From assembly GCA_031372065.1 (NCBI GenBank), contig JANMKN010000244.1:21415-85414 (forward strand): a DNA stretch of 64,000 nucleotides, in the 5' to 3' direction. Made by a program: the position numbers and the translations under genes. The first letter of the stretch is position 1. Every line of letters starts with the position of its first letter. Positions 60,139 through 64,000 of this stretch are shown piece by piece. Under the pieces are notes generated by a model. That model was not told the origin of the DNA, made no database searches, and saw only the letters and a list, made by a program, of their open reading frames with translations. The DNA is from Abditibacteriaceae bacterium (GTDB lineage Bacteria; Armatimonadota; Abditibacteriia; Abditibacteriales; Abditibacteriaceae).

Positions 60139-61986
60139 TCAAATGCTCTCGTTGCATAGCACTACTTCATTGCCGCGCACACGCTGCGTCCAAGTTTTGC
60201 CGCCCGCCTCAACCGTAACCGTGTGTTCCTCGTTGGGCAGCGACATGGGGTTGTAGAAAACCCAGTCCAACGCGGCCCCTTTGTGACGTGCCAGAGCCAC
60301 GCCTTGCCGATTGCGATCTGCTTCGCTGGCGCGCAGCAGGATGGTGGCCCCGCTCTTGGCCGCGTCGCCTGCTTCTGGCTCGACCCACGCGCCGCCATCG
60401 ATGCGATAGCGCACATAGCGCCAGTCTGCGCCCGAAGTGCGCGCGCAGCTCTGATACCACTGTGAGGCAATGAACTGGGCGCTCATCACGCTTACAGGGT
60501 GCGCGGGATAACCGTAGAGATCGGCCCGCTTAAGGTTGGTATCGGCTCCCGAAGCGTTCCAGGCCCAATCACGCCCAACGCTATCGGGATCCGGGCTGAA
60601 GCGCAGGTTGTTGTCCCAACCGATGACGCCGTCACCGACCACGAAGCCTCCGATGAGGCACATACCGATGGCTGCGTTCAAGTCCAGACTGGGGTGCTCC
60701 TCGTAGCGAGCTATGCCAGGTGGGTTCTGTGTGTTGTGTTCCCATTGGAAGCCGTTGTGGATGTGGCCGTTCCCGACGCCCTCGATGCCATTCCACCAGA
60801 ACAAATAAGTGCGGGGCGGCCCAGCTTTCGGCGCGCGGGGCGTGTTCGCCAGGACTTTCTGCTTTTGGCCCAGTTTCATCACCTGAATAGAATGCACCCG
60901 TCGGTAGAAGTCCTGCGCGTAGTCGAAGGACAGCGCATACCACGACACGTTGGCGTCGGTCATCGCATACATTCGCTTGAAATACTCGCACGACTCCGTG
61001 GCCAGCGCGGGATTATCGTAGAACTTGCGAAAATGCTCGTGGGAAGGCGCGACCTGCACGCCGCCGTCGCCGTGCCAGGCGCGCACTATGTAGTAGCCAA
61101 AGCTCCCGTAGCCGCCGAAGAAAATCGTGGGCCAGGTGACTTTGGGATCAGCGGCGACCTCACGAGCGCGCTCATAAAACCAGAATTCTTGGTCGCTCTC
61201 CATCCCAAACCACGCATTACCTTCGCCGAACTGATCTCCAAGCAGGCCATAGGGGCCGAACTGCTCAGCCGCTTGGCGGATTTCCTCGCGGGTCAGGGTT
61301 TTGCCATCCGTTTTGCCGGTGAAATCGAAGATGTGCGTGCTGGCCAGGTTGTAGCGGATCCCCTGGCGTGGATCGAACAGTTCTTTGATGCCCTCGACGT
61401 GTTCAGCCGAGACCTGCGTCAGCCCGCCGCGTCCGATGGCTTCATCGGCAGTCACGTCGCTGCGCTTCAGCAGGCCCGCGTTGAGCTTATTCTCGATCAG
61501 CGCAAATTTGGGCGCGAACTTGGTGGCGCGGAACTCAGCTTTGTCCTGGAACCATTCCGGCAAATACTGGCGCTGTGGGTTCTTAGCTTTCAACACAGCC
61601 GCGTCAGGGTCTGGGATGGAAATGAGCGCCTGGGCCTTGCGTTCAGGCTTGATCCCCCACCAGTCGGTGGGCACCTCCGCAGGGTCGAGGAGGTATTTGC
61701 CGATGCCCATGCGCGTGCCCGGTAACGGGTGGAATCCTTCCAGACTTGCCCCCAGATACTGCCCGTTGATGTAATAGGCGGCCCGCTTTCCGGGAAACGC
61801 CGTGTCGGGAATGGTGTCCGCCAACGAGAGGGTATTGCCCTGGCGCCTGAGCTGCAAGCTCATCACATCCGAGTTGGCGCGCATCTGTGCCATCGGCACC
61901 ATGACGAGCTTGTCGGCGGTCTGGGAATGCACAGCCAGCGGAGCGATGAGTAGTGCGGTGAAGAGGAGGAAGCGATTGGGGCTCAT
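60139..61986 (-). CDS. Secreted hypothetical protein
   Basis: Signal peptide MSPNRFLLFTALLIAPLAVHS; Trp/Tyr-rich; GC-richer than flanks. Confidence 0.7.
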   Translation of the reverse strand: MSPNRFLLFTALLIAPLAVHSQTADKLVMVPMAQMRANSDVMSLQLRRQGNTLSLADTIPDTAFPGKRAAYYINGQYLGASLEGFHPLPGTRMGIGKYLLDPAEVPTDWWGIKPERKAQALISIPDPDAAVLKAKNPQRQYLPEWFQDKAEFRATKFAPKFALIENKLNAGLLKRSDVTADEAIGRGGLTQVSAEHVEGIKELFDPRQGIRYNLASTHIFDFTGKTDGKTLTREEIRQAAEQFGPYGLLGDQFGEGNAWFGMESDQEFWFYERAREVAADPKVTWPTIFFGGYGSFGYYIVRAWHGDGGVQVAPSHEHFRKFYDNPALATESCEYFKRMYAMTDANVSWYALSFDYAQDFYRRVHSIQVMKLGQKQKVLANTPRAPKAGPPRTYLFWWNGIEGVGNGHIHNGFQWEHNTQNPPGIARYEEHPSLDLNAAIGMCLIGGFVVGDGVIGWDNNLRFSPDPDSVGRDWAWNASGADTNLKRADLYGYPAHPVSVMSAQFIASQWYQSCARTSGADWRYVRYRIDGGAWVEPEAGDAAKSGATILLRASEADRNRQGVALARHKGAALDWVFYNPMSLPNEEHTVTVEAGGKTWTQRVRGNEVVLCNESI

Positions 61987-62168
61987 AACCTCAGTATATT
62001 TACACGTCTTGAGCATGCCCAATGGAGGCGAACACAGTGACTCCCTGCAATGTGAGCATGGCGACTTCCTTTCGTTGAACGAAAAGAAGTCTGATTCTCT
62101 CGCAGGCGGGTCAAATCTTCACGCCGTCTAATGACACTTAATATTCCAATGTTCACCAAACCCCGTTT

Positions 62169-63485
62169 TCAATTGGTAAGCGGTGCCAGTGTGAGCCAAC
62201 CTTCTAAATATTGGTCTTGTGTTTTGTTGGCGAAACGCAAAATTTTGCCGCCTTTTAGCGGGTTGATGGCACGCATCAGTAAAACGTAATTTCCCTTGGG
62301 CAACGTGGTTTCAAAAGACCACTTTTGCGCTACGCCGGGCATCAAACGGGATAGTTTCCAATCCGTAGTCCAACGCGCTATGATTTTGTTTTCGCCGTCA
62401 ACGGCGGCCAATTCCAGCGGCCAATCGTAATAAAACGGCGCTACACCCTTGTTGATAAGCGACAGTTCGATGTGCAGCTTGTCGTTTTGTTTTTCGATGG
62501 TTGCTGAGCGCACCGAAAACTCGTAACCCAAACGGCGCGCTCCGGCGATGGCGCGTTGTTTTTGTGCTTCTGTGAGCGCACCGAATGTGCCTTGATTGAG
62601 CATCCATGATGCGTGTGTCACATCGACACAGCGGTCAAATTCCTGACCGGGCGGCACGCAGTTTTCTTCCTTCGTGTTCCACAGACACTTTTGCACTTCG
62701 GGCCGCACTTCGCCGCCAATCGGCTGCGTTTTCCAAATATCGGCGATGCCTGCTTTTTCAACTTTCGGCCAGAAATGCCAACTCGTCGGGCCGAGTGTTT
62801 GATAAGCGAAAGAATCGTCGTGAAAACCAAGGGCGCGCTTTTCAATTTTGATATTGTCTTTGGGTTCGCGCAGCAGCAATTTAGTCGTATGAAACGCGCC
62901 TTCAAAGGTATCCAACACTTCGTTTTGCACTTCGGCGGACGCCATAAAATTATCGCCTGCTTTGATGTGCGGAAAAGTGTGCCACTCGCCCCAAAAACCA
63001 AGCAAACCAACAGTGATAAAACCAATGCGTGCATCGCCATCGTAACGCTTGCCGAGTGCGGCAATGAAATTTTTTAAGGCGCGGCGCAAATCAGGGTTTT
63101 CATAATCCGGCGAGAAACTAATGCGCGCCGGATTTTTATCGTTGCCATGCTCGCTGTAAGCACGGCGCGGCACATGATTCAAAAACTCCGGCACACCATA
63201 GGTCGTTTGCGGGTAATCGAGATAAACGCGAAAAACCGCCTGATGGCCGCGCGCGGCCATGGCATCCAGTTTCTTATCCAGCGGCGCCCAATCGAAGACT
63301 TCAAAGTCTTTTTGCAAGTCTTTAAGAGACAGATAAAACCACTCCATGCTATGAGGAAATTCATAGGTGCCTTCATACGGCATGAAGCCTTTGAGCGGGT
63401 TATCGGCGGGCGCCGGAGCCGATTCCAAGTCCACGGCGCGCGCCGGAAGGATGCAAAGCAGCAAAGCCAACAAAAGAATTTTCAT
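62169..63485 (-). CDS. DUF4832-domain glycoside-hydrolase-like protein
   Basis: NPLKGF, RYDGDARI, GFWGEWH, PIGGE, LGYEF, NKGVAPFYYDW. Confidence 0.75.
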   Translation of the reverse strand: MKILLLALLLCILPARAVDLESAPAPADNPLKGFMPYEGTYEFPHSMEWFYLSLKDLQKDFEVFDWAPLDKKLDAMAARGHQAVFRVYLDYPQTTYGVPEFLNHVPRRAYSEHGNDKNPARISFSPDYENPDLRRALKNFIAALGKRYDGDARIGFITVGLLGFWGEWHTFPHIKAGDNFMASAEVQNEVLDTFEGAFHTTKLLLREPKDNIKIEKRALGFHDDSFAYQTLGPTSWHFWPKVEKAGIADIWKTQPIGGEVRPEVQKCLWNTKEENCVPPGQEFDRCVDVTHASWMLNQGTFGALTEAQKQRAIAGARRLGYEFSVRSATIEKQNDKLHIELSLINKGVAPFYYDWPLELAAVDGENKIIARWTTDWKLSRLMPGVAQKWSFETTLPKGNYVLLMRAINPLKGGKILRFANKTQDQYLEGWLTLAPLTN

Positions 63486-63639
63486 GATTCATCTTTCATA
63501 AAATGCAAATGAAGCACTGACCCGCAAGGCGAATGTCTCGACAGAAAGCCTTACATAGGTTTTCTGTTGCTGCTACGAAGACCCCGTTTTTCACGGTGAC
63601 TCTTTCCTGAGCGTTATGCTTTTGGATGCAGTTATTCGG

Positions 63640-63901
63640 CTAAACCAACTGATGGTTTTCCGGCATTAGCACAATTTCCGCCATGACACCTTCGCCTTCT
63701 TGCGTGGCGGCAAAGTAGACAGCATTTGCCGCCGCTTCAATGGTGAGCATTTTATCGCGTTGGACGCGCATTGCGATATTGTCCCAAAAATTAGAATCCA
63801 CTCCGCCAAAGTGCATCAGCGAGAACCGCACGCCAAATCGCTTGTATTCCTGCGCCAGACATTTCACCATTCCGGTCAGCGCATATTTCGACGCACAATA
63901 A
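63640..63901 (-). pseudogene. SDR oxidoreductase 3' half, interrupted by a Tn3 end
   Basis: YCASKYALTG (YxxxK) begins immediately at the IR junction; GGVDSNFWD. Confidence 0.85.
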
Positions 63902-64000
63902 GGGGTCGCTTCACGAAACGGAAAAAATCGTCCGTTAAGGCGCGGCGATTGGTCGTAGGGGCCGGAATTTGCCTTTTTCCAGCCGTTTACTCTGGCGCCA
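63902..64000 (-). mobile_element. tnpA: Tn3-family transposon end: 38-bp IR and tnpA C-terminus; continues beyond the window
   Basis: GGGGTCGCTTCACGAAACGGAAAAAATCGTCCGTTAAG (63902-63939); minus strand WRQSKRLEKGKFRPLRPIAAP*. Confidence 0.93.

Noticed and set aside
63566..63603. A further Tn3 inverted repeat (CCGTTTTTCACGGTGACTCT)
   Set aside because: Only the outer ~20 bp resemble the other IRs and the terminal GGGG is missing; too weak to call

Overview
A gene-dense bacterial window. Two DUF1559-type prepilin-like genes ([19 protein letters not shown] ... DGHxK) suggest an Armatimonadota/Abditibacteriota-like host; this is an inference. 1-17.5 kb is a Wzx/Wzy-type surface polysaccharide cluster with two sulfotransferases, two FkbM methyltransferases, an acyltransferase, a PglC-like transferase, WecB, an ATP-grasp/HAD pair and a PglE-like aminotransferase; fcl and a PglF/CapD-like gene lie at 34-37 kb. 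20.1-25.2 kb is a six-gene operon (CxxC prepilin-like protein, Cys lipoprotein, degenerate FMN-binding protein, two MacB-type permeases sharing GCPYDAA, ABC ATPase) behind a palindromic operator and a hairpin-rich leader, and is the best candidate for an undescribed system. 25.2-30.9 kb is an island between 38-bp direct repeats holding a caspase-FGE gene and a non-autonomous Tn3 derivative with Fic and DUF1778/GNAT toxin-antitoxin cargo. Further right are an M16 peptidase, a tyrosine recombinase with upstream palindromes, a PilT-like/DUF1559 fusion, an MBOAT/SGNH pair, a large GH-A hydrolase whose 3' end is duplicated around a foreign transglutaminase-like gene, an SPFH pair, REP-like and tandem repeats, an esterase-DUF1592-DUF1552 operon, an IS1 remnant and an SDR gene cut by a Tn3 end at the window edge. 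All family calls come from motif recognition by eye; no searches were run.
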